A stretch of DNA of 45,682 bases, taken from positions 1 through 45,682 of the IMG/VR virus record IMGVR_UViG_3300050196_000504; one strand, given 5' to 3'. The notes under the pieces were generated by a model, which saw only the letters and a program-made list of their open reading frames with translations, had not been told where the DNA came from and made no database searches. Position numbers and translations under genes: made by a program. This document shows positions 8,034-16,027 of this stretch, piece after piece. Position 1 is the stretch's first letter; every line of letters starts with the position of its first letter. The stretch comes from a virus (lineage: Duplodnaviria > Caudoviricetes).

Positions 8034-8058
8034 ATCCAATTGTCGATCATTGGATATG
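8031..8058. promoter_or_regulatory. perfect 10-bp inverted repeat over the XRE start codon
   Basis: CATATCCAAT-TGTCGATC-ATTGGATATG. Confidence 0.6.
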
Positions 8059-8163
8059 CGCAATGGCGCACTATGGTTGCGTAATAGCGTCTATTGCTTT
8101 GCCTCTAACCGGGGTACAAGGGCTTTTGGTCGAAAGGGAACGTCATGATGCTAGGGCCGATGT

Positions 8164-8252
8164 AAAAAAGCCCACGGGCGTGGGGCGGGCTGATCTGGCG
8201 GTGATATGCGCATCCCAGGATGTGGACAACAAAAAACCCGCCGGAGCGGGTT
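8164..8252 (-). terminator. two tandem intrinsic terminators ending the cI-downstream moron operon
   Basis: AAAAAAGCCC...GGGCT (8164-8192) and AAAAAACCCGC-CGGA-GCGGGTT (8231-8252) read as stem plus U-run on the minus strand. Confidence 0.6.
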
Positions 8253-8270
8253 GCTATGAATGCATTCAAA

Positions 8271-8744
8271 CTACTGCGCTGGGTGTTGCTTCTTAATCTG
8301 ATCCAGTAGTGCTTGGGTATCTTTCACTTGTTGCATGACCTGAGCCTGGGCAGCTGAGGTGTTCTTTCCTGATTCGAAGGAGGCCACCATGTTGCTTAGG
8401 ACTGTCGCATTGAATGCAGCAATACCCAAGACAACACTCAGCCCCGTGCCGATCATCCACCACTTCATGCTCTTCATTTCGGATTTAATGTCCTGCATGT
8501 CACGGTCTATTTGATCGCACCGGCCTTCGATGCGCTGAACCCTGGCATCCATCTTGGCTTCGATGGTTTCCAGTTTGGCGTCGAGAAGATCTGTCGTAAC
8601 GGGTGTGCTCATGCCTTCATTATGGGGTTGATCCTCCCCATTATCAAATTCTCTTTGTCCTTCAAAGGGCGAGCGAACCACTGAGAACTTTGGTTCTTTC
8701 CTGGGCTTTTGAGGCTCAGTATTGTTCTGCATCGAGTATGGCAT
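8271..8744 (-). CDS. coiled-coil + single-TM membrane protein (immunity-region moron)
   Basis: LDAKLETIEAKMDARV coiled coil, then WWMIGTGLSVVLGIAAFNA TM segment. Confidence 0.7.
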   Translation of the reverse strand: MPYSMQNNTEPQKPRKEPKFSVVRSPFEGQREFDNGEDQPHNEGMSTPVTTDLLDAKLETIEAKMDARVQRIEGRCDQIDRDMQDIKSEMKSMKWWMIGTGLSVVLGIAAFNATVLSNMVASFESGKNTSAAQAQVMQQVKDTQALLDQIKKQHPAQ

Positions 8745-9136
8745 TATTCGCCATCCTCCCTTGGGGTTTCTTCCGCTTTTTGCTTGTCAAGCCATCGTCG
8801 AATTGCAAGCGCTGAATGATTTTGCAGCAGCCCACATTTACTGCACTCCAGTGTAATTACTGTTGTTACAATATTTTTAAATTGATTGGTAGATGCGGAT
8901 CTACGTATCGACGTTATTCCCTGTGCCGCATCAACATCTTCTGATGGGGCGTCAATATGGATTAAGAACGCGTCATTTTCGCAGGCCGGGCAAGCATAGT
9001 TAGGAACTACTTCATCAAAAAATCGCACCGCATCTTTAAAGGAAATTCGTGGAACCTGCGATGTTCTACTTTCTGGATCACTCATTGTTATCTCGGTCTC
9101 ATTCTGTTGCTCTACTGGCCTTGTTTCGCAATCCAA
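8744..9136 (-). CDS. zinc-ribbon hypothetical protein
   Basis: CPAC and CSKCG pairs. Start may be at MSDPES. Confidence 0.7.
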   Translation of the reverse strand: MDCETRPVEQQNETEITMSDPESRTSQVPRISFKDAVRFFDEVVPNYACPACENDAFLIHIDAPSEDVDAAQGITSIRRSASTNQFKNIVTTVITLECSKCGLLQNHSALAIRRWLDKQKAEETPREDGE

Positions 9137-9390
9137 TCAGCCATCTTCGATTTCAGCGCTAGGTCATGCGTCTTGCTGCTCTCGATATACGTTTTGCACA
9201 CCCGGAGAGCGTCCTCAATCTTCCCTTGCTTGCTGTAGATGATTCTCAGTCGTTCATATGGGTGAGAGCCGTCAAACTGGTCTTTGATGTTCGCCTCGTA
9301 CAGCACCGCTGCGGCATCGGGTAGCCCAGCCTTCTCCAGCGCTATGGCGTCAATGTTGCGGTCGTGCATCAGGAAGTCGTGTGGGGTCAT
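9112..9390 (-). CDS. TPR-like helical protein
   Basis: AIALEKAG..DAAAVLYE...HPYERLRIIYSKQGKIEDALRVC TPR-like pattern. Confidence 0.65.
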   Translation of the reverse strand: MTPHDFLMHDRNIDAIALEKAGLPDAAAVLYEANIKDQFDGSHPYERLRIIYSKQGKIEDALRVCKTYIESSKTHDLALKSKMADWIAKQGQ

Positions 9391-9407
9391 ATCCGTTGCT
9401 TGTGTGG

Positions 9408-10295
9408 TTATTTTTGTACAGAAACCTTGAGCACGGTAGCAACTAGGTTTGTGCTCACCGGATTGCCTCCCCCATCTGGCCATCCGATAGTGTCTATAGA
9501 CATCAGGGTGTCTCCAGGGCTTGGTAGCACGCTATTTTCAGGGTTCGCGGTTATTTTGCCGTTGGCAGCAGCGCAGGGGTTCCCTTGTCGAAAGACTATG
9601 CCTTTCTTGAATACGGAAATTCTCATTTTTTCCGTATGGTTCTGACTCGGAGCGAAATCCATTGGGGCGATTAACTCTACTTTTCCCGCCCATTGCCCGG
9701 CTAATCCATTAGTCCGACATATTCTTAATTTTAAATTTGCTTGTACGGGGGCGCTTGGAAAGCTTCCAGTAGAGCCGGGGATAGATGCATCTAAATAATG
9801 GATGGCATCTAGATCAGATTTGTCATCTTTTTCTAGTGGCGCTCCAGGAAAATTACTCAGCTTGATACGGATATCATCGTGTGCTCGCCATGCGATAGAT
9901 CTTAATGCTATGTTTGCCGATCGATTGGGCTTTACATTAAATGCAATTTCTGCAGGGACTTTTAGTAGCTCACGATCCGCAATAAATTCACAAAAATAAA
10001 ATTCAGAATCATATCCGCACCGAAATGGCCGTATCGCCTCACCGCCTGCAGAAAGCACAATCTTTGCTGCCGGACCATTGCTTTGATTCCAAACAACGCT
10101 CACATACTCTGATTGGGAATTTTTTTGTGGTCGATGTTGTTTTTTGCTCGGAGAAACGCCAAACAAAATTGACGTTGTAATGTTGTTTATCGCCACCCCT
10201 GAAACGTCTATAGACGGGTATTGCATATCACCCGCATCCGCAAATGAGATGACAGTACAAGCAAACATGGAAGCCGCTATCTGAAGTTTGTGCAT
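9408..10295 (-). CDS. putative exported protein (moron)
   Basis: N-terminal signal-like MHKLQIAASMFACTVISFADA, low-GC DNA. Confidence 0.6.
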   Translation of the reverse strand: MHKLQIAASMFACTVISFADAGDMQYPSIDVSGVAINNITTSILFGVSPSKKQHRPQKNSQSEYVSVVWNQSNGPAAKIVLSAGGEAIRPFRCGYDSEFYFCEFIADRELLKVPAEIAFNVKPNRSANIALRSIAWRAHDDIRIKLSNFPGAPLEKDDKSDLDAIHYLDASIPGSTGSFPSAPVQANLKLRICRTNGLAGQWAGKVELIAPMDFAPSQNHTEKMRISVFKKGIVFRQGNPCAAANGKITANPENSVLPSPGDTLMSIDTIGWPDGGGNPVSTNLVATVLKVSVQK

Positions 10296-10300
10296 AGCTG

Positions 10301-10486
10301 TCAGCTGTGAATTTTAAAATGCCGTCCGCTTTTTGTTGTTCGCCACCCAGTATCTGGGCGAACTTTGTTGGTCGCCTGCCTGTGTGGATTATGCTGGGGG
10401 CGTGGCGTCTTTGCGTAGGCAGCAAACGGTAGGGTCAATGCTAGAGCGAGAACAGCTAGCACCTTGGCGCGCTTTATAATTATCAT
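10301..10486 (-). CDS. small exported basic peptide
   Basis: Signal peptide ending AYA, then a K/R/H-rich mature part of about 36 aa. Confidence 0.55.
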   Translation of the reverse strand: MIIIKRAKVLAVLALALTLPFAAYAKTPRPQHNPHRQATNKVRPDTGWRTTKSGRHFKIHS

Positions 10487-11011
10487 TTACTCTCCCTTGG
10501 CTTTCTTTTGTTGAAGTACTAGCGCCATCATATTAGTGAGGCCATCGTCACTCAGGTTTTTAGCCGAATCCCCAATACTCCTTAGGAAAATGTTTACATC
10601 CGTCGGCGTTATGCGGCCATTCCATGCGCTAAACATTTTAAAAACCACCTCAAATGAATTAGCTGCGGCCTTGTCGTCGCTAATTTGGCCCCGAGCTTCC
10701 ACTATATTCATTAGTTGGTACGAAATATCTTTTGGTTGGTCCTTGCTTCCTTTTATCTTCATTGCAAGAACGGCGCTGGCCAACTTCTTGTACAAAAAAT
10801 CAGAAGGGTCAGCCCCGCCTTTTGCTGCTTTTATTGAATTACAAATGTCCACGCCATCCTCGGTTGAGACCCCTTCGATCTCATGAGCCTGGATGTCACT
10901 CTCTTTGCATACTACAAATCCCGGTTTTTCTGGAGAGGCGCTATTGTTCTTGTCTTCGCATCCGGCAAGGATTGCAATAAAAAAAATCAAAATGATTTGA
11001 TGTCTTTTCAT
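10487..11011 (-). CDS. lipoprotein (candidate superinfection exclusion)
   Basis: MKRHQIILIFFIAILAG-C lipobox, directly downstream of cI. Confidence 0.75.
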   Translation of the reverse strand: MKRHQIILIFFIAILAGCEDKNNSASPEKPGFVVCKESDIQAHEIEGVSTEDGVDICNSIKAAKGGADPSDFLYKKLASAVLAMKIKGSKDQPKDISYQLMNIVEARGQISDDKAAANSFEVVFKMFSAWNGRITPTDVNIFLRSIGDSAKNLSDDGLTNMMALVLQQKKAKGE

Positions 11012-11044
11012 ATAAATGTATTTGCCATTTTTTATTTTGTTCGC

Positions 11045-11068
11045 AAAAAAACCCGCATGAAGCGGGCT
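11045..11068 (-). terminator. terminator after cI
   Basis: CCCGC-TTCAT-GCGGG followed by a T-run on the minus strand. Confidence 0.65.
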
Positions 11069-11082
11069 TATCTGAATTAGTG

Positions 11083-11436
11083 TCAGGAGTTTTTTTTGTC
11101 TCTGAGTGCCATCGCGCGCTGGAACACTTCAAGAATTTCTTCAGAACCAAGCAGGGATAGCTTCTCTGCCAATGCATCGGGACCCATTACATCTTCCCGC
11201 TCTTTTGCAATGACAGCCATCTCGCTATGAGGCTGATCCATCCAGCCAAGGGGTAAATTCTTTGCGGCCTCAATTCGTCGCGCCATTTCGTTGCCGATAA
11301 CTTTTTTTCCAGTCTTCATGCGGCTGACGTAGTTTGCCTCGATCCCTAGCAGGCTAGCCAATTCAGCGGCATCTCCTCTGCCTGGCAGCAGGGAGAGCAA
11401 GTTTTCTGCGCGGGTCTGTTCGTTTGTTATAGCCAT
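11083..11436 (-). CDS. cI: CI-like repressor without S24 autoprotease domain
   Basis: AELASLLGIEANYVSRMKTGKKVIGNEMARRIEAAKNLPLGWMD HTH, divergent from cro across the operators, about 117 aa. Confidence 0.85.
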   Translation of the reverse strand: MAITNEQTRAENLLSLLPGRGDAAELASLLGIEANYVSRMKTGKKVIGNEMARRIEAAKNLPLGWMDQPHSEMAVIAKEREDVMGPDALAEKLSLLGSEEILEVFQRAMALRDKKNS

Positions 11437-11455
11437 TGCAACATGGTAGTTGCGG

Positions 11456-11531
11456 TTACCTGACAGGTAAATGCTCTGAGTGGTAAACATGCTGGTATTT
11501 TCTTGCATTTAAGTTACCTATAGGGTAATCT
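11456..11531. promoter_or_regulatory. OR operators and pR
   Basis: TTACC-TGACA-GGTAA (11456-11470), TTACC-TATAG-GGTAA (11514-11528) and degenerate 11484-11498. pR: -35 TTGCAT 11503-11508, 17 bp, -10 TAATCT 11526-11531. Confidence 0.82.
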
Positions 11532-11538
11532 TTTACGT

Positions 11539-11781
11539 ATGAAATTCTCTGAATATTGGTCAGGGCTTACTAGCACTCAAAAGCTTGATTTTGCAGCAAG
11601 AGTGTCGCGGAAAAAGCCGTATTTGGATCACTTAGCAGCAGGTAGAAAGGAGCCGGGTCCGGAGCTTGCCGTTGCTATTCAAATCGCATCCAGCTGCGCT
11701 GTTGATGTTTATGAATTATTACCCGGCAGAGCCATTTTTATCTGGCCTCCTGATGTATGGGTTTTAAAAGTGAGAGTTTGA
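11539..11781 (+). CDS. cro: Cro-like (YdaS-type) regulator
   Basis: FAARVSRKKPYLDHLAAGRKEPGPELAVAIQIASSCAV pattern, divergent from cI. Confidence 0.85.
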   Translation: MKFSEYWSGLTSTQKLDFAARVSRKKPYLDHLAAGRKEPGPELAVAIQIASSCAVDVYELLPGRAIFIWPPDVWVLKVRV

Positions 11782-11932
11782 GGATCGGAAGCCGGCAGGT
11801 CGGGGAAACCTACCGGCTTCCAGGGGATGTGAACAATGGGCGCTGCTCACAACCGAATCGTAGGTGACTGAAAAACTTTAGTCCACACACCTGTGCATCA
11901 GATGTGTAGGTCTTACGCAATAGGGATTTGAA

Positions 11933-12115
11933 ATGGCAGACCTAAGAGATCAGCGGGTACAGGTTCTCCTAAACGCCGAGGAGTACATGGCCCTGCAATC
12001 GCTCACTGGAAACGGTGACGACATTAGTCATTCCGCATTTTTTAGGAATTACTTACGCGAGAAGGTGCGGGAAGAGTTACGCAAACAGCAAGAGCAGCGC
12101 GGGCTGTTGGCATGA
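11933..12115 (+). CDS. small RHH-like regulator in the CII position
   Basis: RDQRVQVLLNAEEYMALQSL...SHSAFFRNYL strand-helix-helix pattern after cro. Confidence 0.6.
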   Translation: MADLRDQRVQVLLNAEEYMALQSLTGNGDDISHSAFFRNYLREKVREELRKQQEQRGLLA

Positions 12116-12255
12116 CTGACCAACAAAAATCCCCACAAGAACGGGGGAGGTTTATGTCGTATACCGTCACGTTAAGTCTTGACCACGGCAAGGCGATTGC
12201 TGGCATCGAAAAGGCAATTCGACGCGCCATTTTGATCAATGGCGAACCGTTAGAT

Positions 12256-12744
12256 TCAAGGAATGCGCAAAGCCGGACGGGCGACTCCTGTTGCGTACTT
12301 GTGGTTACAGACCGGGCAAATCCAGTAGCACCTATTTGGCGTCAAAGCGAGTACGCCTTTCTTCGATTCGTTGTCCATGCAGGGCTGGCAAAGGTAGTGA
12401 GCGGGTGTTGCGTCATAAGCTGTTGGATCGTACGCGTAAATGAACACCCCGTCGGAAAGTTGATGAAGCCTGTAATGACGCCGTTCAGAAATTTGTCTCT
12501 CAAGGTCGGCAATCTTGGATTTAAGTTCGCGACGCTCGCTTTTGATCGCATGCACTTCATCCTGCGCCGTCGAATTTTTCTCAAGCAGTTGGATGGAAAG
12601 GTTTTGGATTTCGATGATCCGCTTTTGCATAGCCTCTTGAAGACAGGAGAGCTTCGCTTCGTCTCGTGCGGCAATAGCGGTCTTTGCAAGGTCGAAGGTG
12701 GCTGTAAGTCCAGTAAGTGCGGAGCTAATTGACGCAATGTCCAT
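12256..12744 (-). CDS. antisense moron: coiled coil + C-terminal zinc ribbon
   Basis: MDIASISSALTGL..., HYLCQPCMD...WICPVC. Opposes the pR operon. Confidence 0.75.
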   Translation of the reverse strand: MDIASISSALTGLTATFDLAKTAIAARDEAKLSCLQEAMQKRIIEIQNLSIQLLEKNSTAQDEVHAIKSERRELKSKIADLERQISERRHYRLHQLSDGVFIYAYDPTAYDATPAHYLCQPCMDNESKKGVLALTPNRCYWICPVCNHKYATGVARPALRIP

Positions 12745-12906
12745 GACGTTCCAATCGGCGCTGTTTGTGGTTAGAGACAACAGCATAAGCCGAAAAGGAG
12801 CGTCACCCAAGAACGGTGAAGCCCGCGGCCAGGAACAGCGGGCAACAAAAAACCCGCTTCATCGGCTGGCAGGCCTCGGCGGGTTTCAAAGTTCGTTGGA
12901 GTGATT

Positions 12907-13593
12907 ATGCAAAACACACTCGTTCCAGTCAACAACAACATGACGATGTCGAGCAAGGAAATTGCCGAGATCGTCGAGAGCCGCCCAGATACAGTCAAGG
13001 TGGCGATGGAGCGCCTCGCAAAAAATGGTGTCATCACTTTTACGTCAACGACGGAAAAGTCCGAAGGAGGCCGCCCTGGAGTGGTTTACCGCGTTGGAAA
13101 GCGCGACAGCTACGTGGTTGTTGCCCAACTCTGTCCAGAATTTACCGCGCGCTTGGTGGATCGCTGGCAAGAGTTGGAAGCTCAAGTTGCTGCGCCGACC
13201 CATGCTATCCCACAAACATTCTCTCAAGCTCTGATGCTGGCCGCTCAACAGGCAGAACGCATCGAGCTGCAAGAGGCAGTAATTGAGCAGCAGAAACCTG
13301 CAGTGGAGTTCGTTGACCGCTATGTGTCAAGCACGGGCAACAGGGGATTTCGCGAAGTTTGTAAGCTACTGGGTGCCAACGAAGCTGAGTTTCGCCTGTT
13401 CTTGCTTGATGAAGAAATTATGTACCGCCTTGGCGGTGTCCTTACTCCACATGCGCGTCATCTTGATGCCGGCCGCTTTGTGGTAAAGGCCGGTGCATCT
13501 GATGCTGGCCATGCATTTAACCAGGCTAAATTCACACCGAAGGGCATTCAGTGGATTGCTGGCCTTTGGGTCACCAGAAAGGCTGCAGCATGA
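12907..13593 (+). CDS. Rha-like N-terminus + KilAC/ANT antirepressor
   Basis: TMSSKEIAEIV, FTARLVDRWQELE, IPQTFSQALMLAA, QKPAVEFVDRY, FTPKGIQWIA. Confidence 0.9.
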   Translation: MQNTLVPVNNNMTMSSKEIAEIVESRPDTVKVAMERLAKNGVITFTSTTEKSEGGRPGVVYRVGKRDSYVVVAQLCPEFTARLVDRWQELEAQVAAPTHAIPQTFSQALMLAAQQAERIELQEAVIEQQKPAVEFVDRYVSSTGNRGFREVCKLLGANEAEFRLFLLDEEIMYRLGGVLTPHARHLDAGRFVVKAGASDAGHAFNQAKFTPKGIQWIAGLWVTRKAAA

Positions 13594-14351
13594 GTGTCAA
13601 GGTTATGACCGCCGTATTCGAGCGATTCCCAGAGGGTGGAGGCATCATGTTGCTGGCTCTGGCCCTAGCAGACCATGCCCATGATGATGGCACCCATATT
13701 TACCCGTCCGTTGACACCCTGGCAGGAAAAACACGCCAGTCAGATCGGAGCGTTCAGCGGCAACTGAAACTGATGGTTGATGTTGGCTGGCTGATTCCCA
13801 CATCAGACACAAAAGGTGGGCGCGGGCTCACAAATGAATACAAGATATCGCCTGAATGGTTGGCTGGTGGCGAAATCAGTTTCGAAAAAAAGGGTGACAT
13901 TTTGTCGCAAGGGAAAAAGGGTGACATCCACGACAGAAAGGGTGACATCTGCGACGTAAAGGGTGACATCCACGACAGAAAGGGTGACACAGCTATGTCA
14001 CCCGAACCATCAAGAACCATCAAGAATCATAAAGAACCAAAAACTAAGGCAAGCGCCTCCGCGCTGAATGTCTCCGATCTTATCGCCCTTGGCGTTAACG
14101 AACAGGCCGCCAAAGACTTCCTTGTTGTTCGAAAAGCTAAACGAGCCCCGCTGACGCAAACAGCACTGGACGCCATTGCCCGCGAAGCGGAGAAGGCAAA
14201 CCTAACGCTGGACGCTGCAATCCGGCTCGCAGCTGAACGCGGGTGGCAGGGGTTCTCTGCTGACTGGCTGATGGCCAAAGTTCAGACCACTCAACCAACG
14301 CCGAAGGTCAACCAACTGCCGAAGAACTACGGCCAAAGCGGGAGACTGTGA
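13590..14351 (+). CDS. replication initiator (winged-HTH, lambda O analogue)
   Basis: LLALALADHAHDDG..IYPSVDTLAGKTRQSDRSVQRQL HTH, internal iterons, RGWQGF C-domain, followed by DnaC. Confidence 0.88.
   Translation: MSVKVMTAVFERFPEGGGIMLLALALADHAHDDGTHIYPSVDTLAGKTRQSDRSVQRQLKLMVDVGWLIPTSDTKGGRGLTNEYKISPEWLAGGEISFEKKGDILSQGKKGDIHDRKGDICDVKGDIHDRKGDTAMSPEPSRTIKNHKEPKTKASASALNVSDLIALGVNEQAAKDFLVVRKAKRAPLTQTALDAIAREAEKANLTLDAAIRLAAERGWQGFSADWLMAKVQTTQPTPKVNQLPKNYGQSGRL
13889..14003 (+). repeat. replication origin iterons
   Basis: AAAGGGTGACA at 13889, 13916, 13937, 13958 and 13979 (mostly 21-bp period), plus inverted TGTCACCC at 13996-14003. Confidence 0.85.
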
Positions 14352-15112
14352 TGCAAACAAATTCCATTCTGAATCCTGATGGTCGCTCGGTGCATTGCGA
14401 TATCCACGGTGACTATGTAAGTCGCAACCTGTTCGGCCGGATCTGGACGAAATGCCCGACGTGCGCAGATGAAGAATCTGCAGCGGCCCAGGCACGTGAA
14501 GAGCAGCAGAAGCGTCGTGAGGAAGTCTTGCGCTGGGAGAAAAAACTCGGTGAGGCGGGCATACCGCTGCGGTTCCGTGACCGCTTTTTGGATAGCTACA
14601 TCGCCCAGGTTGATGAGCAGCGCGAGGCCTTGCAGTTTGCCCGGGACTACGCCTCCGAGTTTGATGGCCATCACTCTGGCCGCTGCGCAATCTTCATTGG
14701 CGAGCCTGGAACCGGGAAAACTCATCTGGCGTGCGGAATTGCGCTGATGGCCATGAGCTACGGGAAAACTGCCGTCTTCACGACTGTCGCTAGGATGGTT
14801 CGTAAGATCCGCGAATGCAAATCGTTCGATAGTGAAATGAGCGAGAGTGAAGCCATTAATCTGTATTCGTGGCCGCACCTGCTGATCCTTGATGAGGTCG
14901 GCATTCAGTCTGGCACAGACGCCGAGGCTCGTTCCATGTTTGACGTGATCAATACTCGGTATGAGAACGTCAAGCCGACCATCTTCCTGTCAAACCTTGA
15001 CCTGGAAGGCGTCCGTGCCACCTTGGGTAACCGCCTGTTTGATCGCTTGCGCGAGGATGGTTGCGAGTACAAGGTTTTTGCATGGGCGAGCTATCGAGGG
15101 GCTGCAGCATGA
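14348..15112 (+). CDS. DnaC/IstB-like helicase loader ATPase
   Basis: N-terminal CDIHG/CPTC, Walker A GEPGTGKTHLA, LLILDEVG, RYENVKPTIFLSN, RLFDRL. Confidence 0.92.
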   Translation: MMQTNSILNPDGRSVHCDIHGDYVSRNLFGRIWTKCPTCADEESAAAQAREEQQKRREEVLRWEKKLGEAGIPLRFRDRFLDSYIAQVDEQREALQFARDYASEFDGHHSGRCAIFIGEPGTGKTHLACGIALMAMSYGKTAVFTTVARMVRKIRECKSFDSEMSESEAINLYSWPHLLILDEVGIQSGTDAEARSMFDVINTRYENVKPTIFLSNLDLEGVRATLGNRLFDRLREDGCEYKVFAWASYRGAAA

Positions 15113-15549
15113 GCCAAGACACTTTTGTGGTTTCACGCTCCGCTGACCTCCGTCCCGTAATGACCCGGGTTTGGGAATCTGCATGCGCCCTGGTAGACCG
15201 CGAGAAAGAACCCATTCAGGTGGTCATCAAAAAGATGAGCAAGCGAAGCGCTGAGGCCAATAGCCTGATGTGGGTACGACTGAATGAGCTGGCAGAGCAG
15301 ACCGACTGGCATGGCATCAAGATGAGCGCCGATGAGTTCAAGGACCTGCTGTCGGCCGGCCTGGCTAAATCGAAGGTCGTTCCAAACATCGAGGGAAACG
15401 GCTTCGTCATCGTTGGCCAGCGGACCAGCAAATTCACCGTTAAGCAGATGAATGAAATGATTGTGCTGATTGAGGCATTCGGAAGCGAGCGCGGTGTCCG
15501 GTTTAGTGCTGATCCGCGCCAGTACATTGACGAAAGGCGGGCGGCATGA
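15109..15549 (+). CDS. ninB: NinB/Orf-family recombination protein
   Basis: KRSAEANSLMW..L.ELAEQ, VVPNIEGNGFV..GQRTSKFTVKQMNEMI.LIEAFG. Confidence 0.88.
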   Translation: MSQDTFVVSRSADLRPVMTRVWESACALVDREKEPIQVVIKKMSKRSAEANSLMWVRLNELAEQTDWHGIKMSADEFKDLLSAGLAKSKVVPNIEGNGFVIVGQRTSKFTVKQMNEMIVLIEAFGSERGVRFSADPRQYIDERRAA

Positions 15550-15926
15550 ATCAACCATCAAAGATCGTGCCGCGCCCAGGCTCCACCCCGGGTACCGGCA
15601 AGCGAGCATCAACCCGCATTGAATCAAAGGCCGTTCGCAATAGTGCTGCAGGGGAGCCATGCACGTTCCAGATTTCTGGGGTGTGCAATGGCGATTGGTC
15701 AACCACGGTGCTCTGCCACCTGCCTGATGAATCTCACGGCATTTCCCGCAAAGCCGATGACCTATCGTCAGGATTTGGGTGTTCAGCGTGTCATGACGCT
15801 ATTGATGGCCGAGTAAAGCACAACTGGCAGCCAGGCGAAAAAGAGTGGTATTTCCGCCGGGCGAATATCAGGACCCTGCGACGGTTGCGCGAAATGGGCC
15901 TGCTGACAATTAAGGGGGCTGCATGA
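15546..15926 (+). CDS. DUF1364 (YbcO-like) Zn-binding nuclease
   Basis: AAGEPCTFQISGVCNGD.STTVLCHL, KADD, CSACHDAIDGR. Confidence 0.88.
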   Translation: MNQPSKIVPRPGSTPGTGKRASTRIESKAVRNSAAGEPCTFQISGVCNGDWSTTVLCHLPDESHGISRKADDLSSGFGCSACHDAIDGRVKHNWQPGEKEWYFRRANIRTLRRLREMGLLTIKGAA

Positions 15927-16027
15927 AAAGAGCTGGCGTACGCAAAACAGTCAACCGCATCGCGTTGGCCGTGATCCTGATGATTGTGTTCTCACCGCTG
16001 ATCATCATGATGACTGGCACGCCATGA
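15923..16027 (+). CDS. 34-aa TM peptide
   Basis: MKRAGVRKTVNRIALAVILMIVFSPLIIMMTGTP, ATGA coupling at both ends. Confidence 0.5.
   Translation: MKRAGVRKTVNRIALAVILMIVFSPLIIMMTGTP

Noticed and set aside
8164-8192. CCCACGGGCGTGGGG resembles the stem-loop of a type I-E CRISPR repeat (possible RNA anti-CRISPR)
   Set aside because: The GTGTTC and ATGAACCG-type flanks are missing, and the context (stem plus A6) fits a minus-strand terminator.
8063-8296. Counter-oriented small ORF as a Qtip/smORF-type antirepressor
   Set aside because: No RBS, and the frame runs through two terminator hairpins; weak support.
11889-11911. ACCTGTGCATCAGATGTGTAGGT as a lux box upstream of the CII-position gene
   Set aside because: It is 23 bp rather than 20 bp, with poor inner symmetry, and does not match the CviR-type CTGNCC-N4-GGNCAG site.
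13889-14003. Regularly spaced repeats as a mini CRISPR array
   Set aside because: Repeats are 11 bp with 10-bp near-identical spacers inside the initiator gene, typical of iterons.
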